A DNA stretch of 64,000 nucleotides from a virus, in the IMG/VR virus record IMGVR_UViG_3300018080_000116, positions 1 to 64,000 of that record; one strand, 5' to 3'. The notes beneath the pieces are model-generated. The model was given only the letters and a program-made list of their open reading frames with translations, searched no databases and was not told where the DNA came from. Shown here piece after piece: positions 47,309 through 58,254 of the stretch; the stretch's first letter is position 1; each line of letters starts with the position of its first letter. The position numbers and the translations under genes are program-made.

Positions 47309-49804
47309 AGTCAGAGTTGTTCTAGCATCAGAGAATGAGAATGGAACGTCTTTTGACAAAAATAAGAATTAGAGCGCCGCCTGTAGCGCTAATGAACCAA
47401 GCCCTCGCCCGTTCGGGACCGGGCGGGCGAGGGCCATAATTTCCACCACCATCAGCACCAGCAGGAAACAAGAAACCATGTTCCATTTCAACGAAAGCCC
47501 CGGTTATGTCTTCGGCGTCAACCCCGAAGGCGAAGTGATGCGAAACGGCGATCTGCTCGTTAGCTGCGTCAACGTTTGTGACTGTGCTCGTGAAGCCTTG
47601 TCGGAAGACGATTACGAGGCATGGGTCGAGCACGGCGAAGATCGTGATGCCCTGGAAGACAGGGTGCAAGACGCCGTGGACCATGAATTCGCCCGTCAGC
47701 TTCGCACCGAGTTGACGATCAACGAATTCAAGTTGCAGGACGAGATCGGCAAGCTGCAAGCGGTCAATGATGGCCGTTGGCGTGTGTACGGTGGCATGAA
47801 GGGCAAGGATGAACACGATGCCTTGAAACACGCCTCGATCAATCTCGTCACCGAAGTCTACCAGTACACCGACGACAAGAACGCCTCGTGTCGTGAGGAA
47901 GACTTGGGTGTCTCTTGTGCCGAATTCTGGCAGCGTCTCGAAGCCCTTGCGAAAGAGTTGGGGGCCGAGGTCTATCCGTTCGATGATGGCGTCGAAAGCG
48001 AGCATAGCTGGCGAACCACCGGCGCACCGGACTACGAGAAAATCCCCGGCAGCGACAATTACGGCCCGAACCACGGTCGGCCTTACAAGCAGGTCGAGAT
48101 CGTTTGGGAGATCAAGGGTAAGAGCCTAGAAGAGGTCCAGGCCATGATCGCCGAGTTGAATCCGAAGCTGGAAGAAATCTGGCAAACATCAGGAGTCAAC
48201 GTATGCTAGGCACACCCGAAAGACTCGAAGCCATCAAGATCAACGTGCCCGATTGGTTTGCACGTGACGACTTCCAGGCGTGGCTCAACGACAAGAGCAA
48301 GGGCATCGCCACTTGGCACTACAAGGGCAGGCCCACCGAGTCGTCCGACGTGTTTATGACGTTCGATCATGGGGAAGGATCGGACATCAACGATCCCGAC
48401 CTTCCCGCAGACATTCGTGATGCCATCGTACAGTTCTGTGTGGATGCCAACATGGGCTACGGTGTCATCTGGCTAACCAACCTGTCCGACTCCGAGGAAC
48501 CATGCTACGACTTTGCCAGCAGGCGAGTCCCTTGGATCGCACCGGACAACCCTCACGATCCAGGAGAGTGAAAGCACCATGCCCGTAACGAGAACCTATC
48601 ACCCGATCCGACCGCCTTCTCGTGCGTTCATGCGAATGAATGACGAGTGGCAGGAATTGAAAGTCACCGCTTGCATCCAAGAGGGTGGCTGCACCAAGAA
48701 TGAAGTTGTTCTCCCGCAAGGCGTCAGTTTCATCGTCACCAACGCAGGACTCGAATTCGACGAGCCCGAAGAGTACAACGCCTACCCACACGTGGGCGAC
48801 AGCGAGAATCTGTTCCAGGTGTACCGTGACGGCAACGGCCAACTGTACTTCAAGGATGACGATGGCGATTGGCTCTACTTCGAGCCCGAGAATCCGCCTC
48901 GTCCCGACCAAGTGGTTCAGTTGCCCGGCGACTGCTACTGTTCCGGTGGGCGTGGTCCCATCGAAGTGGATCGCCTGGAACATGACATTCCCCTGGGTGA
49001 CGTGATCCTTGGAGAGACCTGGGAACAAGTGGCAGCCAAGAGTCACGGCGTCTGATCGAGAGCACCTTTAACCTACGGAGTTGCGTACCATGCCAAGCAT
49101 CAACCTTTGTTTCCAGGGCTACATCAACGGTGTTGAAGTCACTAAGGCAACCAACGCCGATGGAGAGTCCGTTGACGTGTCCGAAATGAGCGAGGGAGAA
49201 TTGTGCAGGAAGCTGAACGCTGGCGAGTTGTTTGTCAGCCTGGGCGACTTGCTGTACGAGGGCGATGACGAAGAGATCGAACTGCACGACTTCGCCCCTG
49301 GAATATAACTTTCAACATGACTCCCGGCCCGCATGGGCCGGGAGTCTTAATCAAGCAGGAGACCGAGACTATGTTGAAGCAGCATTGCAGCGTGGGGATG
49401 CAGGTGTACTTTGGCCGTCAGAAGGGCGAGAAGACCCTGGGCGAAATCGTCAAGCTGAACCCCCGGAAAGCCAAGGTCAAGCAACTGGAATCCAGGGGCA
49501 CCTTGAAAAGCCATCCGGTTGGAACCATCTGGACGGTGCCCTACGAGTTGATCGAACCGGCCACCCACGAGGATCGTGGCGACTACTTCCAGGTGCAGTT
49601 GCGAGACATGATCGCCGAAGTGGCGGCACGTGAGGGAACAGGCCGTCAGCAGGCCCTCAGAGACGTTCTGACGGACTTGCGGCACGTGGCCGACTCCGAG
49701 GGCCTGGACTTCGATGGGGCCGTTGTAGGCTCCGCTGACGTGTATATGGAGGAACTGGCCGAGGGTGAACTGGCCAGGGGCATCGCCTAAAAAGTGAAAT
49801 AAAT

Positions 49805-49833
49805 ACCGAACCTTTCCCCTCCCTGTGTATAAG
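49805..49833 (+). promoter_or_regulatory. Class II promoter (spacer 2 nt short)
   Basis: ACCGAACCTTTCCCCTCCCTGTGTATAAG with AAATAAAT upstream. Confidence 0.65.
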
Positions 49834-51766
49834 AGGGTCTGAGTAAACCACTTCACCTACCACCAGACTTGTGTGAGAATTACAATGCAGGTATTCCAAC
49901 TGACGCTGTTAGGCTACGACCCCGAGAACCCGACGCCCGCCTCTGAGGCGTGCATCAAGTGGGTCAAGTGCTCCGACCGCAATCGCCTGAACCTTTGGAT
50001 TGTGGGGTGCGACTTGGATCAATTGGTCCGAGACATCGACGACAACCCGCCGCCCGAGTGGGGCTTCGATGATGGCGTGGACGTGATCCTGACCGAGAGC
50101 GGTGGGGAAGAGTGGTCGCCGTCCTACGGTGGCGTGGACGCTCCGCTCGACGTGTGGCGAGAGACCGTCCAGAAAGCGTGTGCCGAACGCATCGAGTGGT
50201 TGGGCACCGTCAAAGACCCCAACTTCGTGGATGCCGGTGCCATCGGCAATCTGTTTAGCTTTGGTCTGCCCGCCGATGAAAATGCAACCACTGCCAACTT
50301 CGATCCGAACGACCCGGACGCCATCGCCGAGCAACTTGGCCTCAACTGCGTGCAGGACAAGCACGGCAAGCCAGTCTACCCCGGCACGTGGCTTTCGAGC
50401 GACAGCGACCCATCTAAGCCGCCCGTCGCCTTGGCGATCCAGGTGTATGACAATGGCCAAGTGGTGATCGACACCAATCCCAAGATACCTCACCGCCTGC
50501 GACCAAAAAGCGACTACGTGACCGTAGGCAACCTTGCGGCCTGTGGTTGGGTCCGCAGCAACGAGCAACCCGAAGATAAATCGGAGCAATTATGATCGCA
50601 TTTTTGATTATCGCCATCGTGTTGGCCGTTGGCTCTTTGTTGGCGTGGTTGTTCACGTTCACACTCAACGGCAAGGGACCGTCCGCTGGTTTCCTGGGCA
50701 TGATGATCCTGGATAATATCAAGTGGGCACTTGTTGCCGCCGCCGTCAGCTTTGCCCTCTGGTTGGGGGCGGTCCTGGAACGACTCTACGGAGGGTGAAG
50801 TGTGGTTTCCCGCTGACCTTGAACAAGTGATCGAAGAGGTACGAAATGGGTAGCATGATCGAAGTCACCGAAGGCATGGAAGTCGAGTTGCTCATTAACA
50901 CGTGGGCGGACGACAGCCTCTTCAACCACACCAAACAGCACGAGTTGAAGGCCGGTACGACCTTGAAGCACGTGGCCGCAACGGATCGAGGCGACTCGTT
51001 CTGGAAGATCATGGGCAGCGACGATGGTGCGACCTATCAATTCAGTCGGCGGTTGGTTCGCACACGTTACCCGAATGACCGTGGCGTGATCGTCGATCCC
51101 TCGGCCTTCGAGATCAAGAAAGGGTTTCCCCGCACGAGCAACAAGGCCCGTAGGCTCTTCCAGGAACGCCCGGATAACGTCTTCGAGCATCCGACCGACC
51201 TGCCTGTGCCCAAAAGCGAAATCCCCCTGGGGCCGATTGAAGGGTGGGTCTGCTTTGCGCCTCGCATGAATGGAGACCCAAGCCAGATCATCGGCCCGTT
51301 TGTGCCAGTAGTCCAAGATGAATTCGACGATGGTGGTCGGTGTATCATCACCGAGGATGGGACTAACTTTTGGTACGATCCCGAGAGCACCGAACATGGC
51401 CGACGTGGGTATCCCTGTTGGTTCCAGTCCGGTTCGACTCTCCGCTTCGTGAAAGCAAGGAAAAAAGACGGTTGAGAATCCGGACAAACCACGAGATTCA
51501 CCGTTAGTGAGCTAGTAGGAAAACGGTGGAACTTCAACATTCAAGTATCGGAGACAGTGTGATGCCAAAAGAACTCGGCTTTTACGTTCGTCGTTGCATC
51601 GAATCCGGCAGGCGTGTTCTGATTGAGGTTTTTATGTCCGAACCGGAACACGTTTTGTATTGGCGATTCGAGGGCGGTTCCGAGGTTTTTCTGGTCGAAG
51701 ATTCCCCTGCCGAAAACGACACGGCGAGATTCAAGTACATCAAAGCCATCAGGAGCAAGTGAGACC

Positions 51767-52552
51767 ATGAGTGACAAACTCGCAGTATCCGAATTCGTCA
51801 AACGTCAGACCGCCGACAGCCAGTTCAGCCACTTCGACGGTGGTTGGCAAGCCCTGTTGCTTCTCACCCTGCAACACTTCGACAAGGCAACGCCCGGCTA
51901 TCGTGACGGCGTGTGTCTTGTGCCGGTGCCCGCTGATAAATTTTATAGCGCCATCGTCCAACTCGAAGACGGCGACCTGCTTGCTGGTGACTACACGCCA
52001 CGACAGGAAGGCGAAGAGCCTCGTAAGAGCGTGAACGTGGTTGGCGGCAAAAAGATGCAGGCCAAGTCCTGCCAAATCGTGTGCTACCGCCACGACGTTC
52101 TTGCCGAGAACGAAGAGCACTCTTGTGATGCCGAGTGGGAGATCATCAGCATCAACGCAAGCCCCTTCGAGGCCGACGTGGAAATCCCGATGGGCGTGGG
52201 CACGTTGATCGCTAACTACTTCCAGTTCAGTGGTGGCACCGAAATGAAAGGTGTCGATGCTGAACAGTTCTGCCAAAAGCTGAAAGCCAGTGCCACGTTC
52301 TGGAAAGACAAGGCGCACGCAGCGCCCGCAGACCACGGCGAGTATTACGTGGCCATCATGGTGCAGTATGGCAGTGGGCCGGTGGACAGCGACAATCTGA
52401 GCCCGTCAACCGTCAAGTTCTTCGGCCATGACTACGTTGCCGCCAACAGGTGGAAGGAACAGAAGGCCCTGATCGACGAGACGTGGAACGTCATCAAGTG
52501 TGCGATGCCGAAGGTCGGCGACGAGTACATTCCGTTTGACCAGGAAGAGTAG
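51767..52552 (+). CDS. DUF3228-like hypothetical protein
   Basis: PGYRDGV, PRQEGEEP, CYRHDVLAENEE, EWEIISINA, PM.VGT, GG, SATFWKDKAH resemble my recollection of DUF3228; needs an HMM check. Confidence 0.45.
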   Translation: MSDKLAVSEFVKRQTADSQFSHFDGGWQALLLLTLQHFDKATPGYRDGVCLVPVPADKFYSAIVQLEDGDLLAGDYTPRQEGEEPRKSVNVVGGKKMQAKSCQIVCYRHDVLAENEEHSCDAEWEIISINASPFEADVEIPMGVGTLIANYFQFSGGTEMKGVDAEQFCQKLKASATFWKDKAHAAPADHGEYYVAIMVQYGSGPVDSDNLSPSTVKFFGHDYVAANRWKEQKALIDETWNVIKCAMPKVGDEYIPFDQEE

Positions 52553-53098
52553 AATGAGCCAGCCCATCCTCGAAACCGTTACGTTCAAGTGCCCCTGTGG
52601 CGCAACTGTTGATTACCCCAACACCATGAGGGGTGCAATCAACGTGGGCGATGCCGTCAAGGCGACCGGCTGGTACTCATACCACAACAACTACACCTAT
52701 GGATCAATTTGGGTTTGTCCCGATTGTGCAAAGCAGGCCCAAGAGCACGCAGAGGAAATCAAGCGACTGCTTGGCACCGATAGGGTCAACGTATCGTCCA
52801 TCATTAAATCGGAAGGGAAGAAATGAACTGGCTTTACCTTGTGCCCGCCTTCATCGTTGGCATCTTCCTGCTGTACCTCGCCCTGTCCTGGGCGGTTTAC
52901 TGGTGGCGTGAACGACGCAGGCTCCGCAAGCTGGAAACCGATCCGGTGGTCTTCAACGGTCAAGCAGCCGACCACTGTATGGCCGAGACCATCCGATCCC
53001 TCAACGAGTACATGGCCAGCCCGGCAGGCCGAGCCCTGCACGAGCGAGCCATGATGGACGATCCAGAGAACCCCAAGAGCTAGATTTATTTCAAATTT

Positions 53099-53131
53099 AC
53101 CGAACCTTTCGCCATCTGGCGTGTATAAGGG
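53099..53131 (+). promoter_or_regulatory. Class II promoter
   Basis: ACCGAACCTTTCGCCATCTGGCGTGTATAAGGG with ATTTATTTCAAATTT upstream. Confidence 0.75.
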
Positions 53132-53175
53132 GTCGAGAAGCTGTTTTTGCCCCTAAAACCCGCAGGAAACCAGTC

Positions 53176-53865
53176 ATGGCCAAAAAGCCCTTCCAAGCCA
53201 GCCAGTTCACCGCCACCGAATTCTATTCCGCCGCCGACAAGGCCAAGTTCGCCAACCACTTCGTCCGCTTTGTGCTCTCCGGTTTCAAGCGGTCCCTCTT
53301 CTACAAGTGGTTCTACAAGCAGCTTTCCAACTGCTTCGGCCATATCGCCCACTACAACCAAGCAGGCTTCTACGCCCATTTCTTCGAGTCTCCCGAAGAT
53401 CAACTCCGCTTCGTCGAGCGGACCCGTGATTATCGCCCGTGCGGCGATCCGGCGTACACCTTCTGCGACGTGGAACGTGCGATCCAGTCTTGGTTCAACA
53501 CTCACAATGGTGACGTGAAGCGTGTTCTGCGTCAGCAGAACACGCAACATCAGGCCGAGGTCAACGCCGAGGAAGAGCGAATCAGCGCTCTGCGTGGCCA
53601 TACGCATCAGGTTTTCGTGGTTGTCGCCAAGAGCCAGAATGTCGGCAGCTTCGGCCACCACGGTTATATCATGGTTGCCAAGGATGGCAGCGCATGGGAA
53701 GTTCATCGTAGTTGTTCCATGCCGTGGCAACAGGGCCAGGAGATCAGGGTGCCCCTGGGCAATGGCTACCCGAATTGGGCCAGCGTGTGTTGTGAGGCTC
53801 CGATGCGGAAGCCGAACGCCCCCAAGGAAGTTGTCGAACAGGTCTTCGGCCAGAAGGTAGCATGA
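53176..53865 (+). CDS. Hypothetical two-domain protein
   Basis: Follows a class II promoter; aromatic-rich N-domain (FYKWFYKQLSNCFGHIAHYN). Confidence 0.65.
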   Translation: MAKKPFQASQFTATEFYSAADKAKFANHFVRFVLSGFKRSLFYKWFYKQLSNCFGHIAHYNQAGFYAHFFESPEDQLRFVERTRDYRPCGDPAYTFCDVERAIQSWFNTHNGDVKRVLRQQNTQHQAEVNAEEERISALRGHTHQVFVVVAKSQNVGSFGHHGYIMVAKDGSAWEVHRSCSMPWQQGQEIRVPLGNGYPNWASVCCEAPMRKPNAPKEVVEQVFGQKVA

Positions 53866-54181
53866 ATCATGGGTAGAAAAAGACCACGTTGCGAAGGATG
53901 CGATGATGGCCGACGAAGAGCGTACCCGTGCGGCGAGTGCGGTCATTTCTTTTGCAGCGATTGCTTAGTTTGCGACGAAGACAACACGCCTTTTTGTTGG
54001 GCCTGCAATAGTGAGTTGGATCGGCTGGCCATAGAAGACTCCAAGAGGTTCTTGGGTGGAGATCGGCTAGAGCCACTCTGGTCGGAGGAAGCCGACGACG
54101 ACGCTGTTCTTTGCCGAGACTGGCATGGGAGTCGTACCGTTGGCCAAGTCAAAAACCTGGACGCAGATTACGAGTGCGAAT

Positions 54182-54544
54182 ATGCGTGAGCAAATCGCCA
54201 GGGCGATCCGGGCCGCTCTGCCCAACTTCCTGGAAGAGCACGGCCTTGAAGACCCCTACGACATCAACTGTGGACTCTGCGAAGAGTTTGCCATCGAGAT
54301 TATCGACCAGTTGGGCGGCGAGACCGAAACACTGTGTATGGTATGGATCGAGGATGTTGTTGACACTCCATTCCCCGATGCGAGCCACGCCGTCATCTGC
54401 CTCGTGGTAGATGAAACTTATATCTACTTTGACTGTGAGTGTCCCGAGGGAACAACAGACCTTCGACAAATCCCGGCGATGAAGAACCAGGGAAAATCGA
54501 GGGGCGATGTTCTCGCAGAACGAGGAACCTTTTGCTGTGGCTAA
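54182..54544 (+). CDS. Putative papain/transglutaminase-fold protein (paralog of 39151-39558)
   Basis: INCGLCEEFA...ASHAV...YFDCECPEG. Confidence 0.45.
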   Translation: MREQIARAIRAALPNFLEEHGLEDPYDINCGLCEEFAIEIIDQLGGETETLCMVWIEDVVDTPFPDASHAVICLVVDETYIYFDCECPEGTTDLRQIPAMKNQGKSRGDVLAERGTFCCG

Positions 54545-57500
54545 GAAATCTCAAGAGTTTGTGGACCTGGGCAATGAGTTTGGCCTGTCACTGACCCGTG
54601 ACGAGGCGCACATGGTACGCAGCGTGTACGTGCAGCACGTTTCCGGCGACCGTTATCGAGTGGGCATTTCCTTTGTCCCCAACAGCAGCCGCCCGGACAT
54701 ATACTCCCATCCCGTGCCCTATGCGAGCATGACGGCAGCGAACGCCCTGCGGTTGTTGGTCACCGAGAAGATTACGAGCTTCTGCAACCCCGCCGAGCCC
54801 ATTTCCAACGAGGAACTTGCGTCGTGAACGGACCAACCACCGAACAACTCACCAAGTTGCGAAGATTGGCAAAGGCGTTCTATCAGTTTCGTGATGAACT
54901 GGAAGACGAGTTCTTTGTTCAGCATCTTGGCGAGAATGGGGATTGGACCGAAGTTGAGAAGTGGCTGGCAGAAAATGATCGCCAATGCAAGTTTCGATTC
55001 GGCCCCAACAACTCGTGCGAAGAACATATTTTCGGCGCTTTGGTTTACGAGACCAACCGGAGACGATGGGCCTCGCTACTTAACCCAGGATGAAGAGCAA
55101 CAGGGAGAGAACGATGCCCCAAGCCAAGCGACAGTGTAACGTCGAGGGATGCGAACTGCACCATTGCCGCAAGTGCGGTGGTCACTACGATCCAGCGTGC
55201 AGCGAAGGTCGCCCCGACGTTTGTGATGAATGTCAACTCAATGAAATCCAAGCCGAGTGCGAGGCGCAAACACAAGCCTTCGGTGGCAACTACGAGGAAG
55301 CCGCCAAGTTCTTCGGCTGGTAGAAAGAATAAAAATGACAACGGACAGAACGTCAGCAAGTTCAGCACGCCGAGCCCTGGAAGACGCCCAACGCCAGTTG
55401 AAGCAGGCCGAGCAAAAGGTCCAGCAGATCGAGCGTGACTGCCAGCACGATTGGGACGTGAAGAACGAACCGATCTATGACGAGGGCTACACCTGTCCTG
55501 GTGATCCGCCTGGAACAATGGGTGTGGACTGGCGTGGACCCGTCTACGTTGAACCCAAAACGACGCCTCGTTGGATCAGGACGTGCAAGACGTGCGGCAA
55601 GGTAGAGCACACTTGCGTCAGCAAGCAAGAAACCAGGGGTGCCACACTCGACGATGGCACCAGGACCACCGCCCAAGTCACCGTTCCCGATTGGAGCCGA
55701 GCACAGGCCGGTCGTGGACGTGAGGGCTTCAAAAATCGTAGGTGGTAGCACTAACCACCGCAACCCAACGGAGAGTACCATGCAAAGTGTGACCCGATGC
55801 CCGTTCTGTGGAGCACCACTTGCCAACATCATTCACGATATGGTGGAATGGCAGGCGCAGTCGATGGAAGATGGCGATAATCTCGCCAAGGTTGTTGAAC
55901 ACCAGTGCGTGAAGTGTCAGCAATCGTTTTGGACTGACCCCGAGGCGGCAGCACCCAAGACCGGTCAATACTACGTGGACTACCTTGTGCGTGTGTGTAT
56001 CGACGCCCCGGTGGACGATGACGTGAACGACATGATGGACGTTTGGAATGACGCCAATATCTCGGTTGAGTTTCCGAATGACGATAGTGTCAACGTGTTG
56101 ACCACCGAGGTTTTGGACACGCAATACGCCGGTGAGTGCGACGAAGCAACAGGCACCTTGATTCGCCGTAACTCACAGGGCGAGCAAGTAGGCACCGGAC
56201 GTACAGCCTACATCGTTCAACAACCCGACGTGGAAGACGATGCCTAAAGAACACCACTTGATCGTGACCAGCAGTGAGTTGTACGACATCGTGCGTGCCG
56301 TCGTGTATGCCACGTCGCCAACTCTCTGCTACGTGGCAGCCTGCCAGATCATCGGCAAGCTGCCGAAAGGGAATCACGAACTACGTGAACGACTCTGGCA
56401 GATCGTAGGGCGTGAGTGGTATGCCAACATAGCCAGACACAACAACTGTCACGAAGACGGTGATCCGTTTTACCGTATCGACCAACATGGGAGCACCGAT
56501 CCCAAAGATTGGGAAGTGCTCGAAGTCGAGGAAGGAATGGCTCAACACTAGGGGGGAACATGGAAGTTTTAGAATGGGTGCTTGGAAGCGCCTGGGTGTT
56601 TGTCATGCTATTTTGCCTGCATGTCAGTGTGCATAAGCCACGAGAATAAAAATGAAACTCCAAGAACTACGTCATAGGTTGAATGAGTTGGCAAGGGTCA
56701 ACCCCGCCGCTGACAAGCAGGAGGCATACGTAATCATTACGTTGTGCGAGTGTGGGGAACCAGCCAAGGAAGGTCGCTTTGTCATTACCGGTGTGAAACG
56801 AAAGAGACGGAAAGACCTGCTCGAAGCCAACTACGATGGGCAGGCCACCGAGATCAACATTCATCAAAACGAAAGTCTGCGTGATTGGGAGACTGACTGA
56901 TGGGACTTGCAGCGTTAGCAGTGGGAGGGCTCGCCGCCGTACTCGCCCTAGTATGGCTGGCGCAATCCGATTGGGGACCAACGTGGCACGAGAACGACCT
57001 GGGCTACTACGCCCGTGTGAACCACGACAAGTTGTACGTCCGACCCATCGGTCAGACCTGGGCCGAAGACTATGATGGACCGTGGGCAGCGTCCATCGAG
57101 TATGAGGATAGCCACGTCGTCAAAGGTGGTGGCGTATGGGATACGGCAGGTGAAGCCAAGAAAGCCATTTATGCCAAGTACAAGCGGCTTCTCAAACAAC
57201 ACTTGAACGACCTGAAACAGATGGGGAGGGTGTGATGGCGATTCAGACCACCACCGAATTGGTTGTTTGTAGCAAGTGCGGCAAGCAACGAAACAAACGA
57301 CACAAGCCTTGGCGCATTTGTGGCAGGTGTGGCGAACCGTTCTGCCTTCGGTGCATCAATGGCCGCATGGAACTGTGCAACACTTGTTGGAACCTTGACT
57401 ATGATGAAAAAGAGGCCAAGCGAAAGCAAACGCCGGTCGAGTGCCAAGGGTGCCACAAACAAAAGTTGCCCGATGAAATGGAGAACCCATACGTCCCCAC

Positions 57501-58254
57501 AGTCTGTAAAGAGTGTGCTGAAATAACACGCAACCTCAAGGCAGCCAAAGCAAGAGAGGACAAGAAACGAAACGCCAGACCGGGACTGGTGGAAGTGGCC
57601 TATGGGGTTCACCAGCCACCTGCCGAGGATGGAGGGAGTGGATATTCCTACTATTATCACGAACCCCTCAACCTGGGCGACATCGTGCTCGTGCCTTCCA
57701 CTTGGTTGGATCAAGTGCATGAGCAAGGTGGCCCCAAGGAAGCGACCGTGGTCTCCACCTACTCTGATTATGATGGGCACGCCCAAAGCATTATTCGGGT
57801 TGTCAAGAGGAAAGCATGACCCCGGAACAACGAGCACAACAATTCCTGACTGAGCATGGATACAGCGATACAATCATCAAAGGCTCGCCCGCCTGTCGAT
57901 TGTCTGACGTGTTGGTGGCGTTCGCTAAATCGCAAGGATGTGGCTTTGCTCCCGATGGCCCCGATGACAGGATGCTCGCCGAGATCAAACAGGAGATCAT
58001 CCAGCGCATGCGTCAGCGTGCTCCCAAGATGATCCCCGACAGCGATCAAGTTCCCACGTACCTCGTTCACCGCATGGTGGACAACTACCCCATCTACCAA
58101 GAGCAAACATTTGCCCTCCTGCAAGAACTGGAAGCAGAGGGCATAGTTGAGCGACATAGCCGAGGTAAGAAATTCCTGGAAGACCACGGCATCGAAGACG
58201 ATGTAGCAGGTCACGAATTCAAATGGTCACTAACGGACAAAGGGTTCTGTGCAG

